The position numbers and the translations under genes were made by a program. The notes under the pieces were generated by a model that saw nothing but the letters and a program-made list of their open reading frames with translations, was not told the DNA's origin and searched no databases. A stretch of DNA of 64,000 nucleotides, taken from contig OZ024740.1 of NCBI GenBank assembly GCA_964016885.1, positions 261,454,001 through 261,518,000 on the forward strand, in the 5' to 3' direction. Positions within the stretch are counted from its first letter, which is position 1. Each line of letters starts with the position of its first letter. Source of the DNA: Eledone cirrhosa (lineage: Eukaryota). Below are positions 13,961-27,600 of the stretch, one piece after another.

Positions 13961-14109
13961 TAGAAGTGGTTACACAACAGTTAGTTCACCATACCGAGAA
14001 CAATTGTTTCACCTTAGCGGATCCTCAGCTCGGATTACGAGCTGATCATCCGCTAAGGTGAAACAATTCTTCTCGGTATGGTGAACTAACTGTTGTGTAA
14101 CCACTTCTA
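13961..14109. repeat. 72-bp-arm hairpin carrying a hammerhead motif in each arm
   Basis: Arms are near-perfect reverse complements with loop GATTA; minus arm reads CGAG-CTGAGGA-TCCGCTAAGGT-GAAACAATTGTT-CTCG. Confidence 0.85.
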
Positions 14110-14464
14110 CCTAACTCGTCTCATGGACTGAGTGCTCTACCACTACGGATATTACCTTCCAGTGTTCTACCACTATATATATATATATATATTGTTATAT
14201 TTGGGGAGGGTCATATTGTTATAAAATTGCCAGAAATAATAACAGGACACACTCACTGTTTGGTTGGTTTTCGCTTCTGTATCTTTTACATCTCCATAGT
14301 TAATTTATTTGGCAATCAATGTTTACCATTATTTGTTATCCTTTGGCCTTTATATATTTTACTGCATTGTACCGGCTTTTTGGAACTTAATCATTTATTA
14401 CATATCTCACATTGCTTCATATTAATTAATAACTTATTATATCTGGGTGGTTTTCCATGATATC

Positions 14465-14810
14465 TTTGGGTTCGATTCCTGGACTGGGTTGTGTGTTGTG
14501 TTCTTGAGAAAAAACACTTCATTTCCTGTTGTTCCAGTATACTAAGCTGAAAATGAGCACCAGTAATAGTTGGCGGTTTAACCCTGTGATGGACTGGTAT
14601 CTTGTCCTGGGGGAAGTCTTGTACTCAGAGTTGCTTCACGCTACGGAAACTGGGATAAGCATAGGCCTAATAAGCCTCCGGCCTCGAGACAGACTTTAAC
14701 TCTGCAACAGAATGGCGTCCTGTCCAGTGAGGAGTTTTGTACTCTCAGTCGCTTCACTCAAAAGAAAACGGGATAAGCACTGGCCTGATAAGCCTCGAGA
14801 CAGACTTTAG
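14465..14810 (+). mobile_element. Second tRNA-derived SINE family (CORE/V-like body) with duplicated 3' part
   Basis: B-box GGTTCGATTCC, TGTGTTCTTGAG..ACACTT, AACCCTGTGATGGACTGG..GCTACGGAAACTGGGATAAGC; 3' ~100 bp repeated at 14710-14810. Confidence 0.6.
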
Positions 14811-16239
14811 ACAAGTATATGTAAAGTACTTTATATATTAATGGCTAATGGTTTAATTTAAAGTTTATTGACAATAATGATAAGTAAGATGAAAAGTGAA
14901 GATTATTAACAGCAATGTTAATGTTTGAGAAGCGATAAATACTGGCTTTGACTCATATAAGTCGATTATGTATACTTTTTCGATGTTCAGTTAGTTTGTG
15001 TTAGTAGTAAATGTATTTGAACTTAAAAACAAAATAGCTTTTCAATGTAATGAGTTCTTTCCCTTTTATTGTTGCAAACGATATTGGGTAGTAATTTGTC
15101 ACACCTTTACTCTCGACTTAGGCACCACCGGTATATTAGCAAATAATAATGATTTCTAATTTAGGAACAAGGCCAATTAACAAAGAATAATTAATATAAA
15201 TCTAGTGAATCGGTTACAGCACGATTTTGGAGGGACGCGATCTCACTTCAGTGTCTTTTATGAAATTATATTTTGTACTTTGTACACACACAAACACACA
15301 CACACACACACATATATATACACTTACACACACATACACACACCCACACATACACGCGCGTAGTATTTTACAAAGAAAAATGGCATTGACTTAGAAGTTT
15401 CGTGGGCAAATTATAGCCGAAACTTGGAATTCATTGCCACTTTTTTCTTCGTAACATAAAATCTAGACTGATATATATGCTCCTTAACTTGACATTGAAC
15501 TATCGTTGTGTATGATTATACATAAAGCACCTCCACACATATAAACATATATACATACATATAAATACATATATATATATATGTATATGTAACTTCTCTT
15601 CCCGTCTTTCACGGTCTTCATCTTATTTTGTAAACTATTTTATAGCATTTTCGCGCATGAGCACATCGCTCTTTATATATTTACACATGATTCTGAAGTT
15701 CTGTTAAACATTAAACCAAACCTAAAATGATTCTATTCTTCCACAAAAACAAAACCATTTTTCAACTTATTTCGTAGGCTATTCATGGATTTCTAACAGC
15801 TATTACTTCTAACAGCTATTACTTCTACCGTAGACTTAGTTCATTGCCTTATGATCGTTTCAGAAGGTTAAACGAACCATGATAATATAGATATATTGAC
15901 TAATCGATAGCATTTATGTATCTTCATATTATTTGTGTCGATATAATAGAGTTATCTCATCGCTCTGATGATGATTTCTAGCAGTAACCACAAAGCTGCA
16001 AGTTTTCAGGGAGGAGTACAGTCAATTGACAGCCCCAGGACCTGGTTTAATCGATCCAGTATCTAATTGGCATATATTGTGTAAACCACCGAAAAGATAA
16101 ACACAAAAGTCGGCCACGATATGGTTTCAACTCACAATGTATATATGTATATATATTCAATCCAAGGCCTTCCCACTTCTGTTGGAGAAACTCCCCATTG
16201 GTTAACCTCTACCTCTTTCTGTTTGGTTTTGGACATGTC

Positions 16240-16452
16240 AAGGGTGTAGCCGTACTCCCCCCGCCTGGCTAATTGTGGGTTGGTGAGGCTGTTTAATCTA
16301 TGGTTGGGGTGGATAGCCGTTGACTCCGAGGATTTAATCCGCTCTTTTAACAGTTCTGTCTTTTATGCTGCTAAGGTTCCATCTATCTTCCTCACCAAGG
16401 CCAGGGGGAGCCGGTTTAGTCGGCGACCACTCATGAAGCAGGTTGTACTGAA
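16240..16452 (-). mobile_element. RTE-like 5' UTR fragment
   Basis: CCGGTTTAGTCG..CAGGTTGTACTG and GCCGTTGACTC are shared with 46860-47020. Confidence 0.55.
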
Positions 16453-16982
16453 GTTGAATTTCGCAATAAATATCTAAAGTTGGTAGAGCACTCAAACCAC
16501 TCAATTCAAGGGACGAGTTGTGTTATATAATATTTTTTATACATCAAAAGTACATTTTCCGAATATATGTGTTTCACTGGTAGGATCTAAATAGATCTTT
16601 TCAGCTCGTCAGTCCTGCAAGCATTGGTTAAATTCTTTAATAAAAGAGTTCCAAAGAAGTGGTTAATAACTGTTCGTAGTTAGTTGTGTACAAGAAGTAA
16701 AAAGGAAAGACAACCCCTTTTTTTAAAATGCCAGATGAAGGAAGCTAACATGCCATATTTATAGGTTATTGGAAGTGAGTCCATTAAAAAGCTTCAAAGG
16801 GTAGATCGAATAGGATAGAGATCTGTAGGAGGGTGGCGGACTACCTTCTGTGGCTTATTGAACCAATATAAACGTCCATTTTAAGATGGCCAGCCTGACG
16901 AGCTGAGAGGACATATTGGACACTCCAAATGAAACATGTGTATTCGGAAAATGTACTGTTGATGAAATATATATATATATAT

Positions 16983-18285
16983 ATTTATTAAAATAACAGA
17001 TTAAAGTTTAAGCAAAGAATCGCTGCTTTCACCCTTAACGGGATCTTCTGAAACTAACAAAGTCAATCTGTAAACGCAGAACTGGATATTTCAAAAAACG
17101 TTGCAACCGGAGGAAGACAGGAAGACGATACTTTGGTTCATGGTGACGTTCGCTGGCTAAGAACGGGAAAAAACGAATATAATACGTCATTAATAGGAGC
17201 GGTGAAAAACAATTACGCGCAAAGACAGAACCACGTTTATGGTATAAAAGAGGTCGTAGACTAATGTTCTCTTAGGTGGTGCATAGAGACGTTCTCTGGC
17301 AATGAACGCAAAAAACGAAGATAATACGTCATATGTGGAGCGTGGAGAACAATAACACGCAAAGACAAAACCACGTAAATGGTATAGCAGAAGTCGTAGA
17401 CTAAATTCTAACTAGGAGACCGAATGAATCTCCGCTACAGAGTTAAGAACAAAGTAAATAAATACAATACAGAAGTAATAGAAATAAATAAATACATACA
17501 CGCAAACAAAAACGTACATACACAAGCATACGCAAAAACTTACCATAGGTAAACAAAACCACGCACATATAAATATGTGTGTGTGTGTAAGCGTGTATAC
17601 AAATAAATAAATAATTATATAAACGTATATAAATAAATAAATACGTATATATGACGTATTATCTTCGTTTTTTGCGTTCATTGCCAGAGAACGTCTCTAT
17701 GCACCACCTAAGAGAACATTAGTCTACGACCTCTTTTATACCATAAACGTGGTTCTGTCTTTGCGCGTAATTGTTTTTCACCGCTCCTATTAATGACGTA
17801 TTATATTCGTTTTTTCCCGTTCTTTGCCAGCGAACGTTTCCACGAACCAAAGAATCGTCTTCCTGTCTTCCTCTGGTTGCAACGTTTTTTGAAATATCCA
17901 GTTCTGCGTTTACAGATTGACTTTGTTAGTTTCAGAAGATCCCGTTAAGGGTGAAAGCAGCGATTCTTTGCTTAAACTTTAATCTGTTATTTTAATAAAT
18001 ATTTGCTCTACGGTTCTTATATATTTGATATATATTTATCCTTATCGAGCCCTCTTTGGCTTTTAGTCTTCAAATTTATTATTATTACTATATATATATA
18101 TAATAATAATAAATTTGAAGACTAAAATCCAAGGAGGGCTCGATAAGGATAAATATATATCAAATATATAAGAACCGTAGAGCAAATATTTATTAAAATA
18201 ACAGATTAATAACTAGTTTCAGAAGATCCCGTTAAGGGTGAAAGCAGCGATTCTTTGCTTAAACTTTAATCTGTTATTTTAATAA

Positions 18286-18290
<5 letters not shown>
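16983..18290. repeat. Nested inverted-repeat array of the CAGAAGA pLTR-like family between (TA)n tracts
   Basis: 16983-17334 is inverted to 17649-18000; ~17980-18090 is inverted to 18100-18208; 18215-18290 is a direct copy of 17925-18000. Confidence 0.88.
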
Positions 18291-18352
<62 letters not shown>

Positions 18353-18474
18353 ATATATACAGCAAACATTGGGAAAGAGTACTTCACTCATTAGAAATAC
18401 GTTTACTGGTATATAATTGATTTATTAATGGAATTATTATTATAATTATAACAATTAAGTAATATAATAATTAT

Positions 18475-18654
18475 AATAATAATTGTTTCTACTTTTTGGC
18501 ACAAGGCCAGCAATTACCCAGTGCATTACTGGTACTTTAATTTATCGACCCTTTAAGGATGAAAGACGAAGTCAACCTCGGCGGGATTTGAACTCAGATC
18601 GTAAAGGGACGTAACTATGCTGGAAAGCATGGCGTCCGATCCTCTACCGATACT
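18475..18654 (-). mobile_element. SINE family A
   Basis: Same motifs as 521-699. Confidence 0.85.
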
Positions 18655-19499
18655 GGTTGTCTCTCCTATCTTTTATGACCAGAATTGAATATTGAGCTAA
18701 CGAAGCTTCCTCCCCACAACATAATTAATTTAAAGTAATTACTTTTTCTTTATATGTCTATATGAAAGCCAACTAAAAATCAAATGGGATGAAAAAGCTA
18801 TTCATTCGCTGGTTGGGGTTTACACGTGTACCTTTTGTAATAACTATAATACGGCCATGATCGACAGTGCATTTTAATAGTTACAAAAAATACATACGAT
18901 AACAGCCAATCAATGAGCACTTGGTCTTAGTGACCCTCTTGGTTTTACAGTTGGCCTATAATAAACTGGAAGTGAAATAAAGAACTTAAATAGGAAGCTA
19001 TAAACTGCTTCCGCCATAAAGATGATATAGATTGAATATATTTATCAATTAGACAGACAACAAAAGGGCTGAAAGAAATAGGGAGCTATTACAAAGTAAC
19101 AACTGTGAGCCTAGGGAAATACTTAGAAGCTAGCTAAAGTAGACTGATTTGTATAATAGGGTAAGATGAGGAAAGAAAACTTGTTTGTACATAAAGAAAC
19201 AATATAATAACATGTAGAATAGTAAAGAAGTTGTAAAGGAGGCAAGAAAGAAAATGTAAAAAAAATATATATAAATAATTAAAGTGGAATTCCGACTCAG
19301 AAAAATATAAAAGAAATAAATGTGAGAAATATCTTTCCATTATCATTAACCCGCAAGACTGGACGGAGAGGAAGTGATTCAATATAAAAGCCAATAACGG
19401 TTCAAACGCTCCGAACTGAAGTAAAAAACGGAATGTTTGACTCTAGTTGCACAAGATCTACCAGAAAAACTTTCCAAATAAATAATAAAACAAAAGTCT

Positions 19500-20870
19500 A
19501 ATGTCAACTGTATCCCATATAATCAATATGAAGAACAATCGACCACATCGTTTCCTCTGTCCAGTTGTCGTAAAGACAAAATGTATCCACAGGCATGACT
19601 ATATAGATAGCTGTATCTATTAGGCAATCTGCAGACATTTTCACATCAAAGGACGCACAAAATCCGGTATGCGACAATGACATGGCTACGTTACTGTAGG
19701 ATATGCCTAAGCACATAGATAAGGAGATCAAAGCAGACCTCCTTGATTTAATAATCAAAGAATGAAAGGAAAACTTATGCTCTCTGATAGACATCTCGAC
19801 CCCTTCCGAACAAAATATCGCCCTGAAGGAAATCGAAATACTACGCAAGTTTAGCGACCTCGAAATGGAAATAAAGCATGATGTGATGGGTGATACAAAT
19901 GCGACACTGCTAATAATTATTTCTACATTTGGCACAAGGCAAACAATTTTCGGGGAGGGGGGGAAAGTCGATTAAATCGACCTCAGAACATCATTGGTGC
20001 TTTATTTTATCGACCTCGTAAGGATGAAAAGCCAAGCTAAGCTCGGTGGGATTTGAACTCAGAACGTAAAGGTACGTAACTCTATGCTTCAAAGCATGCT
20101 GTCCGACGCTCTACCGATAATGCCACCCCACCGCCCTAAATACGATACTAATAATGGTTTCTGATTTACGCACAAGGCCATCAATTTTAGTGGAGGGGAA
20201 AGTCTATTAAATCGACCCCCGATGCATTACTGGTGCTTTATTTAATCGACCCCGTAAGGAGGAAAGGCAAAGTTAAACTCGGCGGGATTTGAACTCAGAC
20301 CACAAAGGGGCGTAACTCTATGGTGCAAAGCATACCGACACTGCCAACTCACCACCCTTACTAATAATTGTTTCTATTTTTGGCACAAGGCCAGTAATTA
20401 TCCAGTACATTACTGGTACTTTATTTTATCGACTCCGTAAGGATGAAAGGCAAAGTTAACCTCGACGGGATTTGAACTCAGACCGTAAAGGGCCGTAGCT
20501 ATGCTAGAAAGCATGACGTCCAACCCTCTACCGATATTGCCAATTCTTACTAATAATTGTTTCTACTTTTGGCACAAGGCCAGCAATTACCCCAGTGCAT
20601 TACTGGTACTTTATTTTATCGACCCTGTAAGGATGAAAGGCAAAGTTAACCTCGGCGGGATTTGAACTCAAATCGCAAAGAGCCGTAACTCTATGCTGCA
20701 AAGCATGGCGCCCGACCCTCTACCGAAATCATGCATTAGCTATGATTAAAAAAGAACATAAACACTATTACACACAAATCGTACATGGTACATAACGCAT
20801 TCTATACAAGGTACAATCAATTCAGATACTTAAATTTTCACACCAAATGTAATATTAGACAGCAACCTGT
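19500..20870 (+). mobile_element. Old R4/Dong-like RLE relic interrupted by four SINEs
   Basis: DKEIKADLLDLIIK..CSLIDISTPSEQNIALKEIE..KFSDLEMEI before the SINEs and ALAMIKK after them, homologous to the end of the 24.6-27.6 kb ORF. Confidence 0.65.
19911..20726 (-). mobile_element. Four head-to-tail copies of SINE family A
   Basis: Copies at ~19911-20136, 20149-20357, 20362-20545 and 20552-20726. Confidence 0.9.
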
Positions 20871-21571
20871 CTGATGAAGGAGCCCTGCGAGGTGGAGTGG
20901 CTCTTGTAGCGGGTTTCGCTGGCCATCTTGTCCGCGGGACACTGCTGAAACACCGCTCCGACCTAGGTGCAGAGTTTGTCACCCTCTCCCCTTCCCCCTT
21001 TCTTTCTTCCGTTGCCTAATAGTCCTTGCTCTTTCCCTCCTTCCCCTCTCATTTACTTTCATATACAATCAGATCAGCCCTTCTTTACCCCTTTCCCTTT
21101 TTTCATTACTTAATTTTGCTTTTATCCTTTCTTATTTGATATTTACATCATTGTATAACATGTGTTCAATAAATATAAGGATTTATAATCTACTAATATT
21201 TACAGAAACTTTCATAACAAATTCGAACACCGAAATATCACAATGAAAGAAAAAAAAAAAATCTAAGAGATCCTCAAAAACACGGTTAAACAGGCAGTAT
21301 GATCGAACTCTAGACATTATGATTGTGAAGCGAAATTCATAACCATTGGACAATGCTGAGTCCACATATAGAAGATAGATAGATAGATAGATTAATGTAG
21401 AAAGGCGATGAATTCTTAGTTCAGTTATGTTAGATTTCTAGTCACAGAGAATTGTCAGGAATTTCAACAGGGAACCGGCGCTATGACTTTATAGCTATGG
21501 GGTTTAAATAAACAGAAAGAATAAACCTCAAGCTATATCATATAAAGAATATATGGGATATTTAAAACATG

Positions 21572-21573
<2 letters not shown>

Positions 21574-21639
<66 letters not shown>

Positions 21640-21680
21640 ACACGCACACACGCACGCACACATTCGCGCAAACACACACA

Positions 21681-21727
<47 letters not shown>
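21574..21727. repeat. (CA)n microsatellite
   Basis: Directly visible. Confidence 0.97.
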
Positions 21728-21739
<12 letters not shown>

Positions 21740-22727
21740 TTTGGGTTATTCAGTAATTTTGTGAATTACTGGAGTTGGTGAAGGATAATGTCAAAAGGTA
21801 TAGATTAAAATTTAAAACAAAGAAGTTTCACATCAATGTTTTTATTGATTATTGACCAGCTACGCACGTTCCACAGATGAAAGAATCGCCAAGTCGGACG
21901 AGCAGATTGATGCTGGAGTTGGGTGTATAACCGTCATATTGACCTTGAGCCAACCATCTGTGAAAGGTACGTAAATGGTCGATAATCAATAAAACTTTTG
22001 TGAAACGTCCTCGTGCTAAACATATCCATACATAAACATACACGCATTCACCCTCATACACATATACTTAATATATTTCCGCTACTGACCAAACACAACC
22101 ACAACCACAACACTTGTGGATACTACATACACACACACGCGCTAAATTACACACTCATATATGTAAAAACAACAGAAACATCACATACACAACCATTAAC
22201 ACAGATATATACACAAACATACGTACACATTCACATACATAAAAAAAATCACGTATACACATCCGCGTGTAGACACATTGACACATGCTCTTTCAGCACA
22301 CACGTGATAATACGCACACACGCACAATTGTACACATACATAGAATCTACAGAAAAAGGCCATCCACATACCTCACACGTACACAGACACAAACAAATAA
22401 AACCTCACAGATATACACACACATACCAGTGTGCCACACTTCACTTTATAAGACTCTGGGACACATAGACTGAAACCACGCTCATCTACCAATTTCTTCC
22501 CTCCGACACACACACAACCGCACCCATGCCACCCCAGACCGGACCTTTCACCCACCTTATCAGTTTGTTTAACTTCCTTCCCTAACATTCTCACACTACA
22601 CATACGTCTATTTGTTCTCTCCTTACCGATCTTTCCCGAAGGATTTCTGTCCGAAACGTTGAAACCTCCTCCAAACGTGAACCTAATATAACTGCCTAAA
22701 ATTTCCTCCTATGTTTTGATTGTTTCA

Positions 22728-22792
<65 letters not shown>

Positions 22793-23264
22793 TATATTAC
22801 CCGCGCCTTGCTGCGTTTCACATTCTTTTTTGTAAGAAAATGATGATTGATTTTAAATCAGTGATATAATTTATGGAGAAAAACTCAGCATTTCAATATT
22901 ACTCGATGTAAAATGTAATGCATGAAAAATTGGAAAACACTATTTTTTGTAATATATCAAATAAAAATTACATTATTAAATCTTATTCTTATTTTGTTTC
23001 TTGTAAATAATGTTTTCAAAATGTCAATTCAAAACTTTTGTAAATAGGCATCATATGTTGTCATTTACCTATGATTTAAATTTCATATAAATCGAAAAGA
23101 AAACATTTTCAGCGGGAGTTTGTTCCCCCGGGGAACCCTTTGATTAAAATGAAATATACTTATCCAAGTAGCCTGGGCAATGTAGTTTCAGAATATATAT
23201 GGTTATGGGGGTCTATCTCCCAAACCATAGAAGTTCGAAAACAAACAAAAAGGAACTACAACTT

Positions 23265-23297
<33 letters not shown>

Positions 23298-24005
23298 GAA
23301 TAAAGTTAGTCCTTCATCAGTGATCTTCCAACCATCATTGGTATTTCATCGCTTTAAAGACCATATACCTCCGGTTGGTGCGAGCAACGGCTAAAAAAAG
23401 TCGTTGGGACACGTAAATAAAGGGGACACGAGAGTGTAAACAAACAAAGATGGTGAAGCAACGAAAAGTGAGGAAGAAGGAGTCAAGTCCCAAATTTCCA
23501 TGAATATAAATTCGGTGAAATCGTGAACGAGAGAGAATAAAGACCATCAAACCTGGTTGGAATGTGAGCAAGGAAGGAATTCCGTACAGGTCTAATGGGG
23601 GGAAGAAGGGATCTAGTCTGTGAATTCGGTGAACGTAAGTTCTGTGAAATCGTAGACGAGATATATGTACAGTATATACACACAGTTCAAGAGTAAACCA
23701 ATCTTAAAGAGAGAGATGGAGATAGGAGAGGAGAAGAGAGATTGGTGAATTTGTTAGAAGCCAAAAGCTCAATGTGCAATTTGCATGCTCACATTAAGGA
23801 ACCACTCATGATAATAACAATTTAAAAAAAACAACAAAAAGAAAACCCCGTGACCAAGAAATACCGGGATGGCGGCCGGCGGGGAATAGCCATGTCTCTA
23901 GGGGAGAACGACCCCTCTAGTCTTGGTTGACACTCGTTCTAGAAGTGGTAACACGAAAAGATTACCCCTTGGCGGATAAGGATAAAACGCGACAAAATAA
24001 AGTAG

Positions 24006-24596
24006 ATGTCTAATGATGAAATCTCATACCGGATCGGCCGTCACCCGGGTAAAAAAGGGCCGCGTCCCTCAGAGAGGAACCAGACTGGGGTCGAAAAATC
24101 AGCTAATGGTTCAAACCTTCCCATCACTTCGGAGCTGGAGACCTCCCATAACCGGAATACTCCTACTGTTGGCCCTCCATGCTCACCACCAAGAAATCCA
24201 AAGAAAAAGAGAGAAAAATGGTCAAGGGAAGATAATAAAGAAGTCCTTGAGGCTTTCTACACTGCCATGTACTACCCATCAAATACATCGAATACAGAGC
24301 AAACATATATCAACTGGAAAAAGAAACATCCCGAAAACAGAGGCTATATTGACAGTAACAAACTAGCCAATATACGAAGAAATATTGTAAGAAAAAAGTT
24401 ACTAACTGATATAGAAATTGATCAGATCAAGCTAGTAGCACAAAGTCAGCGAAGGGAAAATGAAGCATGTGTCAGTGAAAACGAGGTAAACTGTAACACT
24501 TCGAATCCCAGAGTTGGGGCGGAATCACTGGCAACAGAACAAATTAAAGAAAGCATGCTCAGGATGAAACTCCAAATGAAAATAATGAGATCGTAA
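24006..24596 (+). CDS. N-terminal part of the R4/Dong-like ORF (frameshifted from the RT ORF)
   Basis: KKREKWSREDNKEVLEAFY..LANIRRNIVRKKLLTDIEI resembles N-termini of this clade; joins the downstream frame with one added base near 24550. Confidence 0.7.
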   Translation: MSNDEISYRIGRHPGKKGPRPSERNQTGVEKSANGSNLPITSELETSHNRNTPTVGPPCSPPRNPKKKREKWSREDNKEVLEAFYTAMYYPSNTSNTEQTYINWKKKHPENRGYIDSNKLANIRRNIVRKKLLTDIEIDQIKLVAQSQRRENEACVSENEVNCNTSNPRVGAESLATEQIKESMLRMKLQMKIMRS

Positions 24597-24607
24597 ATGA
24601 TAAAGAA

Positions 24608-27600
24608 ATGAATGAGAATGAACTTGCCAACTTGAAGGATGAAATTATGATCGAATGGATGAAAATGAAAGAATCTGACATGGGGGAACGAGACACCCTC
24701 CCTAAGATCCAGAACTCCAAACAGAACCAAAAGATAATACACAAGACTAACATAATTCTCAAAAACATTATCATCACAAACAAAATAAACATTACTGACT
24801 TAAATCATCTCTATTATGCATCGGCTAAAGTCACCACTCACTTATGTGGAGTGAAGATGAAAAAACAAAGGAATTCCCACAAGAAATCTACTTGGCAAGA
24901 TAACATCAATCGCCAAATAAACCTTCTCCGATCTGACATAGAAATTTTAACAAACTATAAAGTAGGTGAACATGTTAAACAAACTAAACTTAGAAAATTG
25001 AAAAAAAAGTACAGTATAAGATCAACATGTGACATAGACATGCTGATAGAAACAATCAAGCAAAAAGTGTCGGCCAAAGCTGCTCGTATAAGGCGCTTTG
25101 AAAAACGATCTAGATTCTATAAGGACAATAATATGTTCAAAAACAACCAAAGAAACTTCTACAGAAAAATTGGTAAGTCAACAATAACTGCTAAATCAAT
25201 ACCACCCAAGGAGGAAGTGCAAGAATTCTGGGAAAAGATCTGGGCCGAAGAAAAAGTTCATAACATACATGCCCCATGGATAGACAGACAAATGAAAGAA
25301 ACAGCTCACCTTGAAGAACAAACATGGGAAAATATAACAGTTGAACAGCTGCGCTTGGCTCTAAGAAAAACCAGCAAATGGAAATCCCCAGGAAAAGACA
25401 AAATACAAAACTTTTGGATAAATGCCTTCACAGAGTCTCATGAGCTGTTAGCCCAACTTTACAATGAAATAGTTAAGGAGCCAGAAAAGATACCATCATG
25501 GCTAGTTAACGGCATTACATTCCTGCTACCGAAGAATGATGAGACAAACAATCCCAAAAATTACAGACCGATAACCTGCTTGACCACAATGTATAAAATT
25601 TTAACATCAGTCCTAACTGAATACACATATGACCACCTGATAACAAATGACCTATTTCCCATTGAGCAGAAAGGGTGTAAACGAGGCTCATATGGCTGTA
25701 AGGATCAGCTTCTGGTTAACAAAATGATACTGGAAGATTGTCATAATAGACACAAAAATCTATCGATTGCTTGGATAGATTATAAAAAAGCATTTGATAG
25801 TTTGCCACACAGTTGGATTGAAAAATGTTTAGAGATTTTCAAAATATCCCCCGTTGTCAGGAGGTTTTTGTCATTCAGTATGAGGACATGGAGAACGACA
25901 CTCCTTTTGAATAGTGAAACAAAATCACTGGAAGCTGGAGAAGTTAACATTAATTGTGGAATTTTTCAGGGTGACTCTTTATCACCGCTTTTATTCTGCA
26001 TCGCACTTATACCATTAAGTAAAATGCTCAATGAAACAAAACATGGATATAGAGTCTATGACAAAACTATTAATCACCTGTTCTACATGGATGACCTGAA
26101 ACTATTTGCAAAAAATGATGAACAATTGCAAGGGCTATTATCCACTGTGAAGCAGTTCAGTGATGACATTAAAATGGAGTTTGGACTGGATAAATGCGCC
26201 AAAGCAACGTTCACCAGAGGAAAGCTGCTGAAGAGTTCAGACATTAATCTTGATCGGAGGAACGTGATAAGAGAGCTTGATCAAGAACAAACTTACAAAT
26301 ATCTAGGTGTTTGTGAAGGAGACGGAATCAAGCACTCGACAATGAGGGAAAGGATAAGGAAGGAATGTTACCGCAGAGTCAGAGCAATCTTAAGAACGGA
26401 ATTGAATGCAAGGAATAGGATCGATGCCATAAACACGCTTGCCATACCAGTAGTAACCTACAGTTACAATGTCATCAACTGGTCAAGCACAGAGATCCGT
26501 AGGCTCGATACAAAAATCCGAAAATTCTTAACCATGCACAGAATGCATCACCCTAAGGCAGACATAGATAGAACATATCTCCCTAGGAAAGAAGGAGGAC
26601 GTGGGTTAATCCAGTTAGACATTGCGTTGAAAACTGCAACAATTGGATTATCCACATATCTAAGGGAATCACATGATTGGATGATCAAACTCGTTTTGAA
26701 ACACGAAAGCACCAAAAGATCATATTCCATTACAAAAGATGCACAAAGATACAGTAATGGACTACAAATTTCAGAAGTCCCATTTACTGCTGAAATGGAA
26801 AACACAGAAAAAGCAAAGCAGGTAAAAGTAAATGCAAAGAAAGAACTGCTACAGAAACTGGCTAAGAAATGGCAAGAAAAGCCTCTGTATGGAAAATACC
26901 CAGAGCGAGCTAACAATCCTGATGTTGACAAAACTTTAACCCATCAGTGGTTGGCATCCTCTGGACTGAAATCGGAGACTGAAGGACTGATTATATCCGC
27001 ACAAGATCAGTGTCTGCCAACAAAAAATTACCAAGCCAACATAATAAAAAATGGGTGCAGCCCATTATGCCGTGTATGCAAAAAACAACCAGAGACCATT
27101 GACCATATAATTTCAATGTGCAGTCCTATAGCTCCAACCGAATACCTAAACAGGCATGACAGAGCTGCACAATACATACATTGGATAATGTGTAAGCATT
27201 TTGACCTGCCCCATCAAAAGAATTGGTGGGAGCATCAACCACCTCCCATACTTGAAAAAGATCACATCTCAATCTTGTGGAACTTTAGCATCCAAACAGA
27301 CCGAAAAATAGATGCAAATAGACCTGATATAATATTGAAGGACTTTCAAAGGAGGGTATGCCTGCTAATTGATATGTCTGTTCCAATAGACAAGAATGTA
27401 TCTATAAAAACATTTGAAAAATTGAGCAAGTATAAGGACCTGGAGATAGAAATTGGAAAAATGTGGAAATTGAGAACTAAAACAATACCAGTGGTTGTAG
27501 GCGCTCTGGGAATGATACCTAAGGGGTCTAACGACTACTTATCGCAAATCCCAGGAAACCCGCGTATAGGAGAAATACAAAAGATAGTACTAATGGGAAC

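Noticed and set aside
16540-16965. Additional hammerhead-like traces (CTGACGA..GAAAC here; also near 20870, 22630, 23310 and 46140)
   Set aside because: Cores are truncated or stems I and III cannot be formed; probably decayed pLTR remnants, so not called as ribozymes.
21849-22061. Short minus-strand ORF followed by AATAAA
   Set aside because: It begins in a microsatellite and has no recognisable homology or splice acceptor.
24540-24600. Programmed -1 frameshift between the two LINE ORFs
   Set aside because: No clear X XXY YYZ slippery site, R4-clade elements normally have a single ORF, and a one-base deletion explains it.
26548-26931. Antisense ORF within the LINE
   Set aside because: A shadow ORF of the RT reading frame with no independent features.
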